Shown here: positions 48,206 to 64,000 of the stretch, piece by piece
Numbering within the stretch: position 1 is the stretch's first letter
Layout: every line of letters begins with the position of its first letter
NCBI RefSeq assembly: GCF_009914755.1
Contig: NC_060932.1
Length of the DNA stretch: 64,000 nucleotides
Source of the DNA: the human T2T-CHM13v2.0 reference genome, Homo sapiens
Direction: 5' to 3' (one strand)
Notes under the pieces: generated by a model
The model's database searches: none
Told to the model about the DNA's origin: nothing
What the model saw: only the letters and a program-made list of their open reading frames with translations
Program-made: the position numbers and the translations under genes

Positions 48206-48894
48206 TAATTTTTTTGTATCTTCAGTAGAGACAGGGTTTCACCATGTTGGCCAGGATGGCCTCAAACTCCTGACTTCGTGATCTACCCACCTCGGCCTCC
48301 CAAAGTGCTGGGATTACAGGCAGGAGCCACGGCGCCCGGTCCTGAATTCTTTTCAAATGTTTTTTTAAATCATGAAGCATGCTTCTGTGAAGATTCTCCT
48401 ATGTTTCCTGGTGCTTACACACAAATGTCCTTGCTGTATACATATGCAAGAGTGGGAAGTGGTGAACATAGGAATTCATGTTTTCGATTTTTTTTTTCAT
48501 TTTTTTTACCTCCATTCTCTCAGAATGTGATCATGTTTTCAATTTCATTGGATAATGCCAAACTTTTCCAAAGTGGCTATGTGAATTTACATCCCTATTA
48601 GCTGCCCTGCATCCTCACCCACATGTTATATTGTCAGATCTTTCCATTTTTTCCATTCTGAAGGTGTAACATCATGTCACAGTGGTTTTGATTTCCACTT
48701 TACTGATGAATAATGAGGCTGAGCAGTTTTCTTATTTATTGGCCCTTTGGTTTTCCTAATCTATGCAGAAATTTGTGCCTACTTTTCTTTTTGGGTAATT
48801 CTGCGTCTTTTTATTCTATTCAGAGGAATTTATTAAGTGTATTGACAAATTGAAACAGTGAGAATTTAACAGTTTTTTTAATAAAAAAATTTAA

Positions 48895-49177
<283 letters not shown>

Positions 49178-49245
49178 TGAGATTACAGGCATGAGCCACC
49201 ACCCCCGGCCCAGTTTAATACAATTTTTAACATATCTCATTTTAG

Positions 49246-49437
<192 letters not shown>

Positions 49438-49615
49438 TAGTGTGGGGTCTCAGTATCTTGCCTAAGCTGGCTATGTGTTTTTTAAACTGATAGAAGTTTT
49501 AGTTCTTTCTTTTTTTAATGTATAAGCCTCATCTTCATGGAATAAAAGCCTATAGGCTAAAGAAATAGTTACTCATTTACACTGAAAAGTATTACTTCTA
49601 TTGTCTGAAGTTTCA

Positions 49616-50137
<522 letters not shown>

Positions 50138-50528
50138 CTAAACTAACTGCATAAGAGACTACTCGCTCAATCATCCATGGCACGAAAGCATCATATGACT
50201 GCTTGTGAGACAGAATCAAGTTGCTGTGAAGGCCAAACTTGCCTGCACCTTGCATCCATACTGTGCAGAAGCTGGACTTCAGCCAAGAGTCACTTGCTTT
50301 TAGAATAATGGTTTTGGTTGTTAAGTATAAAGTAGGGAAGTATGTTTTAAGCATGACGGAACAAATAAAAGGAAACAAAATGATTTCACCGAAATAAATG
50401 TTTAATTATAAAAACCCAGTAATCTCTCTAGGCCTACTATGGCTCACAAGAAAAGGAAAAATGTTTTAAAAATTAAAAACACAAAAAGCCCCTCCCTGGT
50501 GTTTTGTAGCAATTGTGTGAGTTGTTTA

Positions 50529-50993
<465 letters not shown>

Positions 50994-51042
50994 TCACACT
51001 ACTGCACTCCAGCCTGGGGGACAGAGTGAAACTCCGTCTCTC

Positions 51043-51073
<31 letters not shown>

Positions 51074-53370
51074 TGGAAAATCCTTTCGTTGCTATTACAA
51101 CATGTAATTTACTGAGTTACAAACAGCAGGGTCAGGGCTGGGCAGGTGCACACACTTATCCATCCTGAGGAACTGCCAGGACAAGACAAAGGCATATCTA
51201 CTCCTCGCTTGCTCTGATGCTAGTGGCAGTGATCCAGGTTGTGGCAGGTGGCTTCTGTTTCTATGCACATCAGTAATCTAAAACTCAGTCCCATCGTCCT
51301 CTGTGGCCTGTGTTAGAGGTGAGGGGACCAGGTGCTTCCATGAAAAAACTTCTCATCTCCAACCAGCCATGCTCCCAGAGAATTTCACAGTCTCTGTGGT
51401 GTCAAATCAAAGGGCGCTCAAAGGCAGTTTAAGCTCTCCATCAGGCGAGTACATAGCTGGACACAAGGGAGCCCAGGACTGGTTTGGCAGTGGCAGCAAA
51501 ATGCCCTCCTGTGTTTTCTTGTCTCCTACAGCTGCAGTCAGTAAGCAGAAGTTCTATGCAAGATTTCCAAGACATGATGATGTGTCTTCTTGTATAGTCA
51601 CTGGAAAATTAAATTCCTCTAAGGCTGGCATGTACCTTGTTCCTCTGAGGATATCTGATTTTGCAGGCCAGTAAGAGGTAGACTGTAATACCTGGTGCCC
51701 TATCCACATAAAGCTACTTTAGAAATAAGGAGGAGCTTTCAAGGGGAAAACCACCACATCTGAAATGCTGAAGCTGATCAGCCAATGGAGGTGTTGCCCA
51801 AACTGTCCCTACTCTCCCCAAGTGGGGCACATTATGGCAGGACAGGCTGACTGAGGTTTTCCTAAGACTCAGACGTCACCTTACTGAAGTCAGAGGTTCT
51901 TTGCCTTAAGCAACCGCAAACATGAACTTCAGGGTTGGATCTATGCACCATCTTTCTTTTTATAATTTTCTCCATCTAAAGGTCTTGTACATCTTTTGTT
52001 AGATTAATTCTTGGATGCTTTATATTCCTGATGCTATTATAAATGTTATCTTTTAAAATATTACACCTTTGCTGGTTGCTGACAAATATAAATAAAACAT
52101 TTCTGGCCAGGTGCAGTGGCTCATGCCTGTAATACCAGCACTTTGGGAGGCTGAGGCAGGTGGATCACTTCAGGTCAGGAGTTCGAGACTAGCCTGGCCA
52201 ACATGGTGAAATCCTGTCTCTACTAAAAATACAAAAATTAGCTGGGTATAGGGGCATGGACCTGTAATCCCAGCTATTCGAGAAGCTGAGGCGTAAGAAT
52301 TGCTTGAACCCAGACGGCGGAGCTTGCAGTGACCCGAGACTCATGCCACTGCATTCCAGCCTGGGCGACAGAGCAAGACTGTCTCAAAAAAAAAAAAAAA
52401 AAAAAAAAAATTGTATCCAGCAAAACTGGTAATTTCCCTTGTGAATTTTAATCAATCATTTTCCAGGTTGACAATCACATAAACTGCAAACAACGCTTTT
52501 TTCTTTCTAATTCTTATAGCTTTGGTTTTGCCTTATTTTTATTTTTATTTTTTTGAGACAGAGTCTCATGCTCTGTCCCCCAGGCTGGAGTGCAGTGGAG
52601 CGATCTCAGCTCACTGCAACCTCTGCCTCCCGGGTTCACGCCATGAATCTGGGAGTAGCTGGGACTACAGGCCTCAGCCTCCCGAGTAGCTGGGACTACA
52701 GGTGCATGCCACCATGCCCGGCTAATTTTTTGTATTTTTAGTGGAGACAGGGTTTCACCGTGTTAGCCAGGATGGTCTTGATCTCCTGACCTCGTGATCC
52801 ACCCGCCTCAGTCTCCCAAAGTGCTGGTATTACAGGCTTGAGCCACCACGCCTGGCCGGTTTTGCCTTATTTTGTACATGGGATACCCAGTACAACATTA
52901 TATGGACATGGGGATGGCGGGCTTCTTTGTCTTGTTCTGAGATGAAACAGTGTGCTTTCAGCACTTCACCTTAAGTGTCAGGTTGAGACACTTCCTTTCC
53001 ACATTTAGGATGCTTTGTTATTTTCTAAATCATCAGGTAACTCTCAAAACCTGAATGTCCTATTAGGACCAAATCTGGCTAACCAGTCCCTCTGGTCAGG
53101 GACAGAATCACTGCAGCCATGCCCTAACTTCCTCTACATGGCTCTGCACATCAGCTTGTTGAAATTCACTGCTATGCTCACTTCCAGCCATGGGCTGCCA
53201 CCTGATTCAGCAACCCCCAGTCTATAGACTCCTTTGCCAGATAAGGCCAGATAAGGTTTTACTCCAGGTGGAAGCCACTCCAGTGAGCGGCACAGTATGA
53301 ACTAGGTCCACAGCTTTGCTCAGGACCTGTTTAGCCCTCAGTGAGGGAGGGGCCAGCTCTCCTCACTCAC

Positions 53371-53484
53371 CTGAGTAGTCACTCCACAGGCCCTGGCTCT
53401 TCTTAGCCCCCTTCCTGTCCAGGACCCAGGGATCTTCCCCTCGCTCCAGCTGGGAGATTATGTCAGGCTTGGATCCTGGAAGTC
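53371..53484 (-). CDS. ZNF250: ZNF250 KRAB-B exon
   Basis: GLPGSKPDIISQLERGEDPWVLDRKGAKKSQGLWSDYS; acceptor gagcag|, donor TCAG|gtgagt. Confidence 0.95.
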
Positions 53485-53711
53485 CTGCTCGTGGGGAGGG
53501 AAGTCTTTGTTTACACAACATTTACAGAGCCCCCTCCCCCTGCCCAAGCCACTTGTGGGGACATGAAAATGGACAGGACTGATCTTCTGCTGGAGCTGAG
53601 CACCCAGAGAGGTGATGAGAGCAAACCTCCAGGACCAGCCTGTCCCAGGCCCCGTACCCTGAGAAGCCCCCACCCCAGTCCAATACGCAGATACATAGAC
53701 GAGGCCTGCTA

Positions 53712-53990
<279 letters not shown>

Positions 53991-54097
53991 TCAGGGCATG
54001 TGGTGACGCTCTGGCTGCTCTTAGGAGCTCTACGGGGCACGGAAGGAACCACAGGGCTCGGGCTGGGGGCACTGCATAAGCACTGGGGACAGCTTAC

Positions 54098-54139
54098 CTG
54101 GGGTCCTGCCGGCACTGGCAGGAGTCTGGCTGCTGCCAT
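54098..54139 (-). CDS. ZNF250: ZNF250 first coding exon (MAAARLLPVPAGPQ)
   Basis: ATG at 54139-54137 in a GTGATGG context; donor CAG|gtaagc, phase 0; exon acceptor ccccatag| at 54185/54186. Confidence 0.9.
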
Positions 54140-55224
54140 CACCTGGTCTCCTGGGGACTCCGAGGATCACGGAAATTGAAGGAGCCTATGGGGCTGAGGA
54201 AGAGGAGGGGGCAAGTGAGGGGCATGGCCTTGAGACCGTAACTTCCTAGGGGGCCCTCAGGGGATCCCTGGGCCTCATTCAGAGTCACTGAGGGGCACAC
54301 TGAGGTCAGGTGCAAGGAGCTGCTACTGTTGCAGCCTTGGTCTGCCTTGCCTCCCCCATGAACTCTGACCCTATGGTTCAGGAGCCTGTCCAGGCCCTGA
54401 ACACACAGTTCCTGGGCCTGCCCAGCTAGTACTGGGCTCTCTGAACACCAGGTGCAAGGCACTTGCTGCACCCTGGTCCCGGCCCATGGTCCTGCCATAC
54501 ACAAGGATACCAGCTCACCAAGGCTCTGTGTGTTCTATACCTGAGGCCCTCACACAAGTACCAGACTGTCCGCAAGTCATGTGGGGGATACAGGCATCAG
54601 GCCAAGCTGCTTCCCCAAACACCCTCCCAATTAAGAAAGCCTTGGCCACCAGGGTGACAATAAGACTCCCCTCACCCCACCCTTAGGCAGCCCTAGTGCC
54701 CCAATGTGGCACCAGGTTCAACCAGGTATTTGAAGGGGAGGCATGGAAGTGGTCAGTTCTGGACAAACTGAGTCAACAGTGGCCTAGGGATCTGGTCTGA
54801 GCAGCTGAAGGAAGACTTGTCATCAAGTGAGAAGGGGATGCTTGGGGTAGTGGGGCTGGTGCTGGAACGTAACAGGACAAGGTAAGCAAAGGTATCTGAC
54901 ACACACCCAAACAGCTGGGAAAAAGGGGGAGCGGGGCAAGAGCTTTCCTGACACATTTGGTCCTGTACAGGATAGGGTTCGCAGTCTTCTGGAGCATCAA
55001 AAAGAAGATACTGTGACAGGGATACAGAAACCAACCAGGTGACCAAAGGTGGTAGATCACTCCAGAAAAACGTGGTATAACAAAGCAACCAATCCCCTCA
55101 CATGCTTGGCTCAGATGGGCACCACAACAAACAGGGTGCTTTAAGAGTGACAAAATAGGTGTCAGGGCTGGGGGCAGAAGTCAAGGGACATCATAATCTC
55201 AGTGTCTATAAAACATCAGATATA

Positions 55225-55810
55225 GGTGGGCACGGTGGCTCATACCTGTAATCTCAGCACTTTGGGAGGGTGAGGCAGGCACATCACCTGAGGTCAGGAG
55301 TTTGAGACCAGCCTGGCCAACATGGTGAAACCCCGTCTCTACTAAAAATACAAAAATCAGGCCGGGTGCAGTGGCTTATGCCTGTAATCCCAGCACTTTG
55401 GGAGGCCGAGGCAGGCGGATCACCCGAGGTTGGGAGTTCGAGACCAGCCATGACCAACATGGGGAAACCCCGTCTCTACTAAAAACACAAAATTAGCCGG
55501 GTGTGGTGGTGCACGCCTGTAGTCCCAGCTACTCAGGAGGCTGAGGCAAGAGAATTGCTTGAACTCAGGAGGTGGAGGATGCGATGAGCCGAGATCATGC
55601 CATTGCACTCCAGCCTGGGCAACCAAGAGCAAAACTCCATCTCAAAACAAAAACAAAAACAAAAATCAGCTGGGTGTGGTGGCGGGTGCCTGTAATCCCA
55701 ACTACTCAGGAGGCTAAGGCAGGAGAATCACTTGAACCCAGGATGTGGAGGTTGCAGTGAGCTGAGATCATCTCAGCTGAGACTCTGTCTCAAAACAAAA
55801 CAAAAAAAAC
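55225..55810 (+). mobile_element. Alu nested inside another Alu at its A-rich linker
   Basis: Outer left arm 55225-55358, inner full Alu ~55360-55665, outer right arm to ~55810; caaaaatcag duplicated. Confidence 0.85.
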
Positions 55811-56363
55811 ACACATCAGATACATGTATATATTTGCACAGACAACTTTCAGGAAGATACACAATAAACTAACTGCCTGCCTCTGAAGAACAGGACAGGG
55901 AAACACAGTTGGAGAGAGACTGACTTTCAACCCTCCCCCGTGCTGCTGTTCTCCAAAAATGCCCATTCCCTCCAAATGTGTGTGTGAGCACACTTCTGTG
56001 TTAGCGCAATGCAACTCTAATTAGAATTCCAACAGAAGTCTTTTAAAGGAATGACTACAACTACTTGAGAATTCATAAGAAGAATGGATGCTAGAGAATA
56101 GCCAAGAATTTAACTGGAAAGAACAGAGGGTGGGGACTGCCTTGCCAGGAATCAGAGCCAAGGGTGGGTAGGAAGCCGCTGCAATTAAACCAACAAGTTG
56201 TTGACAGAGGAACAGATGAAGCCAGACAGGTATGTGGGAAATTGGAAGATAACAAAAATGTTACATTTTAGTTCAGCAGGAAATCAGTGGTTCCTTTAGT
56301 AACTTGTGTGTACCCAGATGGGATACATCAATAACCAATTTTTTTGTTTGTTTTTTTTTTTGA

Positions 56364-56891
<528 letters not shown>

Positions 56892-57089
56892 TGATCCACC
56901 CGCCTTGGCCTCCCAAAGTGCTGGGATTACAGGCATGAGCCACCACGCCCAGCCCAACAATAACCAATTTTGGATTAAGATGAAGACCAAGTGTGAGCAT
57001 TAACAGTGGCCTCATGTGCTCCTGGTCCCCCTGTCTGACATCTGCCTACCCTCAAGGGCAGAAGTGCCTTCTCTCCTGCCACACCCTGA

Positions 57090-57341
<252 letters not shown>

Positions 57342-59639
57342 TGAACCCCTGAGCTCAAGTGATATGCCCCTCTTGGCCTCCTAGAGTGCTGGAATTACAG
57401 GCTTGAGTCACTGCGCCTAGCCCTGCATGCGAATTTGACCTTGGGTGAATGCACAGCTCTGGTCCCCTGGAAACCTGGCAGAGGTGGATGGTCATTCTCT
57501 CTACGGACCAATCACACCTGGGCTGTGACTCAATGATGAACAACCACAGGAAGTACATTCAGGGCCTCCCTAGCAGGTCTTGCAGCCAGTTCTCTTGACA
57601 CAGGAGGTGCTGGCTTGTATGACCACGAGGCTTTCGACTAGGCTAACTCCTCCTCCTACCTGCATCTTGTGTTTATGCACCTCAGTACTCCCTGGATGGC
57701 TGCTGGATGATGCTGGCCAGCTTTTCCGAGAAGCTGCTGCTAGGCATGGTTGTCCTGTGAGTCTGAAAAGTCAGTTGAGCCCAGTAGCTCTTTTGGTACA
57801 CTTGAGCTCGTGATCCCCCTTCCCTCTGACTCAACCTTTCAATATGGGTGTCTCATAGCATCTCAGACATTTAACATCCCAAACCAAGCACCCCCTCTAC
57901 CATCATTTCTACCCCCAGCTTGGTCTGTGAGCCTGTGCATCAGCCTCCTTCCTTCTTCACTCCCACACTTCTATTCACCTTCCAAGCACATCCAGAACCT
58001 GACCATGTTGCCCATCTCGCCCTCCCTGCCCCATGACAACCACCCCTAGATGTTCGGCAGCTCCCATCTGGGCAGACAGACTCCCAGCACCGTCTGTCTG
58101 CCCAGCCCCTCCATCTACCTTCCTGTGAGAACACAGTGACTGTCCTCTGCTCCAAGGTCCTCCCAGGACCCCACTGGCTCCTATGGGCATGCCCCAAACT
58201 TTGTGATTTTCCTCAGAGCCCTGCAGCCCTTTATCCCTTGGCCTGTGCTCCCCATCCAACTCTTAGAGACCTCTGCCCCACCCACCGCAGCAGCCCTGGC
58301 CTCACCCAGCTCTCATCCTATCCCTTTCTCCTGCACCAGCAGACCAAGAAGCAGGCCCAACAGAGTAATCAGTGGTCGACCTTTTTTTTTTTTTTTTAAT
58401 TACTTCTAGGCTAATGATTACAAATTGCCAGGCAATGTACTTTTTTAAACTTTTAATTAATTTCTTAGAGACGGGGTCTCACTTTGTAGTCCAGGCTGGA
58501 GTACAGTGGCTCAATCACAGCTCAATGCAGCCTCCAACTCCTGGGCTCAGGTGATCCTCCCACTTCAGCATCCCAAGTAGCTAGGAATACAGGTTGCACC
58601 ACCATGCCTGGATAATTTCTTAATTTTTTTTTTTTTGGTAGAGACGAGGTCTTGCTGTGTTGCCCAGACTGGTCTTGAACTCCTAGGCTCAAGGGATCCT
58701 CCCTCCTTGGCCTCCGAAAGTGTCAAGATTACAGGCCTGAGAACACCACACCCGGCCTGTTTGTTGAATAAATGAATGAAGAGGAATGAGCTCACACTTT
58801 ATGCCATCTGTAATAGCCAAGTACGGAGTCAACACTTTAAACTGGCAGGCATGGGAAAGTGGAGTTTCTCATACTCTTAAGAAGGCGACCTAGCAGTATT
58901 TAGGCAAATCAGACTGGCCCTTGGATAGTGGGTACCTGATAAGAATGGATGTGGGTGAGGGTGCAGATTCAAGGATGTTGCTGAGGCAAATGCTACGTTG
59001 GTCCTTCCACATACAAGTTACACACCTGCTAAAGAGAAAGATGTATGTTGTGTCAGGTCACCAGATGGGTGAGTGAAAATGCAGCATGGGGCCAGCATGC
59101 AGGGGAAAATCTCATTTTGTAAACTATGACCCCGAGCCCATGAAGGGTATGTGTGTCACAAGGACCTGGGACTGGTTCACCTGCCTCACTTGGGCCAGCT
59201 GCATTGAGGCCCCACCTATAAATCCAGATGACACACTCCTCTGAAGGCCTGGAGATCATGTGGTTGGTGAGAGGAGAGCGCTAAGAACAGGCTTGGCTCA
59301 GAGGAGGATGCTGCTGGATAAGGTGTTATTATCTATTTGATTAACACACAGAGGAAATACTCCAAAGGACAATACCAGGCTGTCAACAAGTGTGTGGCAA
59401 GGAGAAGTGAAAGGGAAAGACTGCCACCTGGGGTGAGTCTTAGAAAAGCATCACACAAAATGCAGTATCAGGTCTCTATTGAAAGATGACCATCACATAT
59501 TGCTAATTAAAAAAAAAATCGGCCAGGCGCAGTGGCTCATACCTGTAATCCCAGCACTTTGGGAGGCCGAGGCGGGCGGATCAAAAGGTCAGGAGTTCGA
59601 GACCAGCCTGGCCAACATAGTGAAACCCCGTCTCTACTA

Positions 59640-60022
<383 letters not shown>

Positions 60023-61357
60023 CTAGGTACTCTGGAGGCTGAGATGGGAAGATTGCTTGAGCCCAGGAGGTCAAGGCTGCAGTAAGCTGTAACTGCACCA
60101 CTACACTCCACCCTGGGCAACAGAATGAATCCCTGTCTCAAAATAAATAAATAAATAAATAAAAATTAAAAAAAATATATGAACAAAATACATTTTAAAA
60201 GTGGTATTAACTAGTTTAAATTTTTTCCTTACTTACACTATGGCAGATAAAGGTTTCAGTTTCCTGGAACGAGCCTGTAACAGGATACCAGGCCAGGCAA
60301 ACACCATGGACCTCAACCTAAACCTTGCATACTCAAGACAGGAAAATGTAAGAGCTATCGGGGGTGCCAGAAACTGGCTTTTAACAACACACTCCATCCA
60401 CACTTCACGGGATTCTGACGTCCAACTCCAAGCTTTGCTCCATGAGAACACAGTTCAGGCAGGGAAGGAGGATGATGTGGACAGTTTTAAAAAATTAAGA
60501 CAGGCTAATGACGAGTCCTCTATAGATGCCAGGCTCCAGGGCCAGGGGCTGGGACAGGCTGGAGATCACCGCCACAGAATACTGGAAGTGGAGTTTGAGG
60601 AGCCCCCTCTTGAGGCCATGCCAACAGCTAACAAATGGGCAATATAAAGAACACCCACTCAGGGCACTGGCTGAGCAATGATCCCTCCCACCCACTGGTT
60701 ACAAAGGTGGCAGCATAAGAAGCTAATTTTTCAAACTCAGGAATTTCAATCTTGAAAATTTCCCTAAGGAATAATCCAAAACAAAAACAATAGATCAACG
60801 TTATTAGCAGCAACTGGCTTTCCAGTTTTCTTTAGGTGATCAAAAGCCACATCGCAGTGAGACATTCCTATCACTCTTTTTGGAATTCCTGACTGTCTTG
60901 ATGTGACAAAGCAGTGTGCCTGTCATTCCAGAGGACCCTGCACATGGTCACACACTGGGACAGGCACATTTGGAGTCTCCTGATCTGGGATGAGCTTCCA
61001 GGATCTCCTCCAGGGCCACTGCCTTCTCCTGCTCCTCATCATCCTCACTCCCTGGACTTTCTGCTAACAAGCACTGCTCCCTCTTCATCACCAAGGAGCC
61101 CCTACCCGCTAGGGTGAAAGCACTTTCAAGAGAGGCAGCTTCTGAGCCACTTGTGAGCACAAGGCGAAACACTGCTAAACTTGACCTAATCTAAACTAAC
61201 CCTAACTAACCTAAACTAACCCTAACCTGCAACCTTTCCAGAATTAATGATCAGAAATATGTATCCAAATTGATAGCTTTCTGGTCGGGCACAGTGGCTC
61301 ATGCCTGTAATCCCAGCACTTTGGGAGGCCAAGGTGGGTGGATCACCTGAGGTCAGG

Positions 61358-62218
<861 letters not shown>

Positions 62219-62289
62219 CTATTCAACAAATAGCAACAAGAAACAAGATTAAACCTTAGAAATGCAGAGTCCCTATAAAGAAAACTGTA

Positions 62290-63326
62290 AAACATCAAGG
62301 AAACACTTGAGGACACTCATGTGGGAAAACATTTTTTGGGTAAGACCTCAAAAGCACAGGAACAAAAGCAAACTAGACAAATGGAATTACATCAACTAAA
62401 AAGCTTCTGTACAGGAAAGGAAACAATCAGCAGAGTGAAGAAACAACATACAGAATGGAAGAAAATATTTACAAGCTATCCATCCGATAAGGGATTAATA
62501 ACCAGAATGCAGAAGGGAGTCAAACAATTCAATAGAAAGAGACAACTAATCCGATTTAAAAACAGGTAAATGATCTGAGTAATTTATCAAAAAAAGACAA
62601 TATGTATGGCCAACAAGCATATGAAAAAAACTAAAAATAGATCCACCATATGACCCAGCAATTCCACTGCTTGTTATATACCCAAAAGAAAGGAAGTCAG
62701 TATATCAAAAAGATATCTGAACATACATGTTGACTGCAGCACTATTCACAATAGCTAAGATATGGAATCAACCGAAATGTACATCAAATAAATGGATACA
62801 GAAAATGTGGTATATGTACACAATGGAATATGATTCAACTATAAAAATAAGGAAATTATGTCATTTGCAGCAACAGGGATGGAACTGGAGGTCATTATGT
62901 TAATTGAAATAAGCCAGGTACAGAAAGACAAATATTGCATGTTTTCACTCGTATGTGTGAGTTAAAAAAGTTGGTCCCATGGAGGTAGAGGGTAGAATGA
63001 TGATTACCAGAGGATGGGAAGGGTGGGGTTGGGGGGAGGTATGAGATGAATAGAAGTGGGTTAATGACTACAAACATACAGTCAGATATAATGAATAAGT
63101 TCCAGTGTTTGATACCACGGTAAGATGACTACAGTTAATAATTTATTGTATATTTCAAAACAACCAGAAGAAGAGATGTGAAATGTTTCCAACACAAAAA
63201 ATGATGTTTGAGGTGACAGACATCCTAATTACCCTGATTTGATCATTATACATTGTATGCTATCCTTGTATCAAAATATCACATGTATCCCATAAATGTG
63301 TATAATTATTATATTCAATAAAAAAG
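62290..63326 (+). mobile_element. L1 3' portion (ORF2 end and 3'UTR, L1MA-like)
   Basis: ORF2 C-terminal motifs (caactaaaaagcttctg, gacccagcaattccact, gcactattcacaatagc) and 3'UTR ending caataaaaaa. Older L1 debris continues to 64000. Confidence 0.85.
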
Positions 63327-64000
63327 AACTTTAATAAAAATACAGGTATATTTTTATTATTTCATGTGGGAAGGGCTGTTCTAAGCAAAATACCAAAAGC
63401 AAAAAGCAGAGCTCCACAGATCTGCAGCTTATAAATCAAAATCATATGCACATCAAAGCTACCAAACTCCAAAAATGGACCTAAAGGCATGCAACAATTT
63501 AGTATATGACAAAAGCGGTTTTTCAAATCAATGGGAAGATCAATGGTGTTAGAAATGGCTATGATTTAGAGGAAAAAAGGAATTCCAAAAGCTGTATTCC
63601 AAACTCACCCCACAATAAAATAAATTCCAGACGTATCCAACATTTTACAAGTACCACAGAAAAACAAGAGTTTATTTTAAAAATAATCTTGGAGTGGGGA
63701 AAGCCCTTTAAAACACAGCACAAAGCCCAAAATGCCTTAAGGCAAAATATTTGACTCCTAAAAATTTTAAATTTTCTATTTTGAAAAAGCCCAAACCAGA
63801 ATCAAACACCATAATCAGAGTCAAAAGACAAATTGAGAAGCATGTTTTCAACATACATGGAAAAAAATATGAGCTGGCAAATCACAAAGAAATACAAATG
63901 GCGAAAACACAAATGAAGGGATTTCAATCTCACCAATAAACGCAAAACGTCGACCTGGCAGGAATGCAGTGACCTGTCAAAGCCCACAGGACCAGAGTCC

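Noticed and set aside
60201-60647. 148-aa ORF antisense in ZNF250 intron 1
   Set aside because: No recognisable homology, no poly(A)/TSD of a retrocopy, and it appears to span old repeat debris.

Overview
Human (or very close primate) genomic DNA. I recognise it from the encoded proteins as the distal 8q24.3 KRAB-zinc-finger locus. It holds the 3' part of ZNF7 (+): a KRAB-B exon, the C2H2 exon and a candidate alternative last exon that would give a KRAB-only isoform. COMMD5 (-) has a single coding exon and a CpG-island promoter. ZNF250 (-) has five coding exons and a predicted ~4.5 kb 3'UTR; its first exon lies beyond the window. Between COMMD5 and ZNF250 is a ~22 kb field of endogenous retroviruses: an LTR2-type solo LTR, an ERVL remnant, a HERV-H/F-type provirus with a tRNA-Phe PBS, HERV-L/MLT2A carrying nested LTR13 and HERV-K9/MER9, and a solo LTR12. 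Four observations stand out: (1) a ~1.2 kb degenerate ~33-bp repeat array in the ZNF250 3'UTR whose units fold as short stem-loops on the mRNA strand, with apparent compensatory changes; (2) a ~95-bp piece missing from the HERV-L 3' LTR that reappears inside an Alu 8.6 kb away; (3) the KRAB-only ZNF7 exon; (4) a 10-copy 35-bp VNTR that starts inside an Alu target-site duplication. Repeat subfamily names are from memory of consensus sequences and need RepeatMasker/Dfam confirmation.
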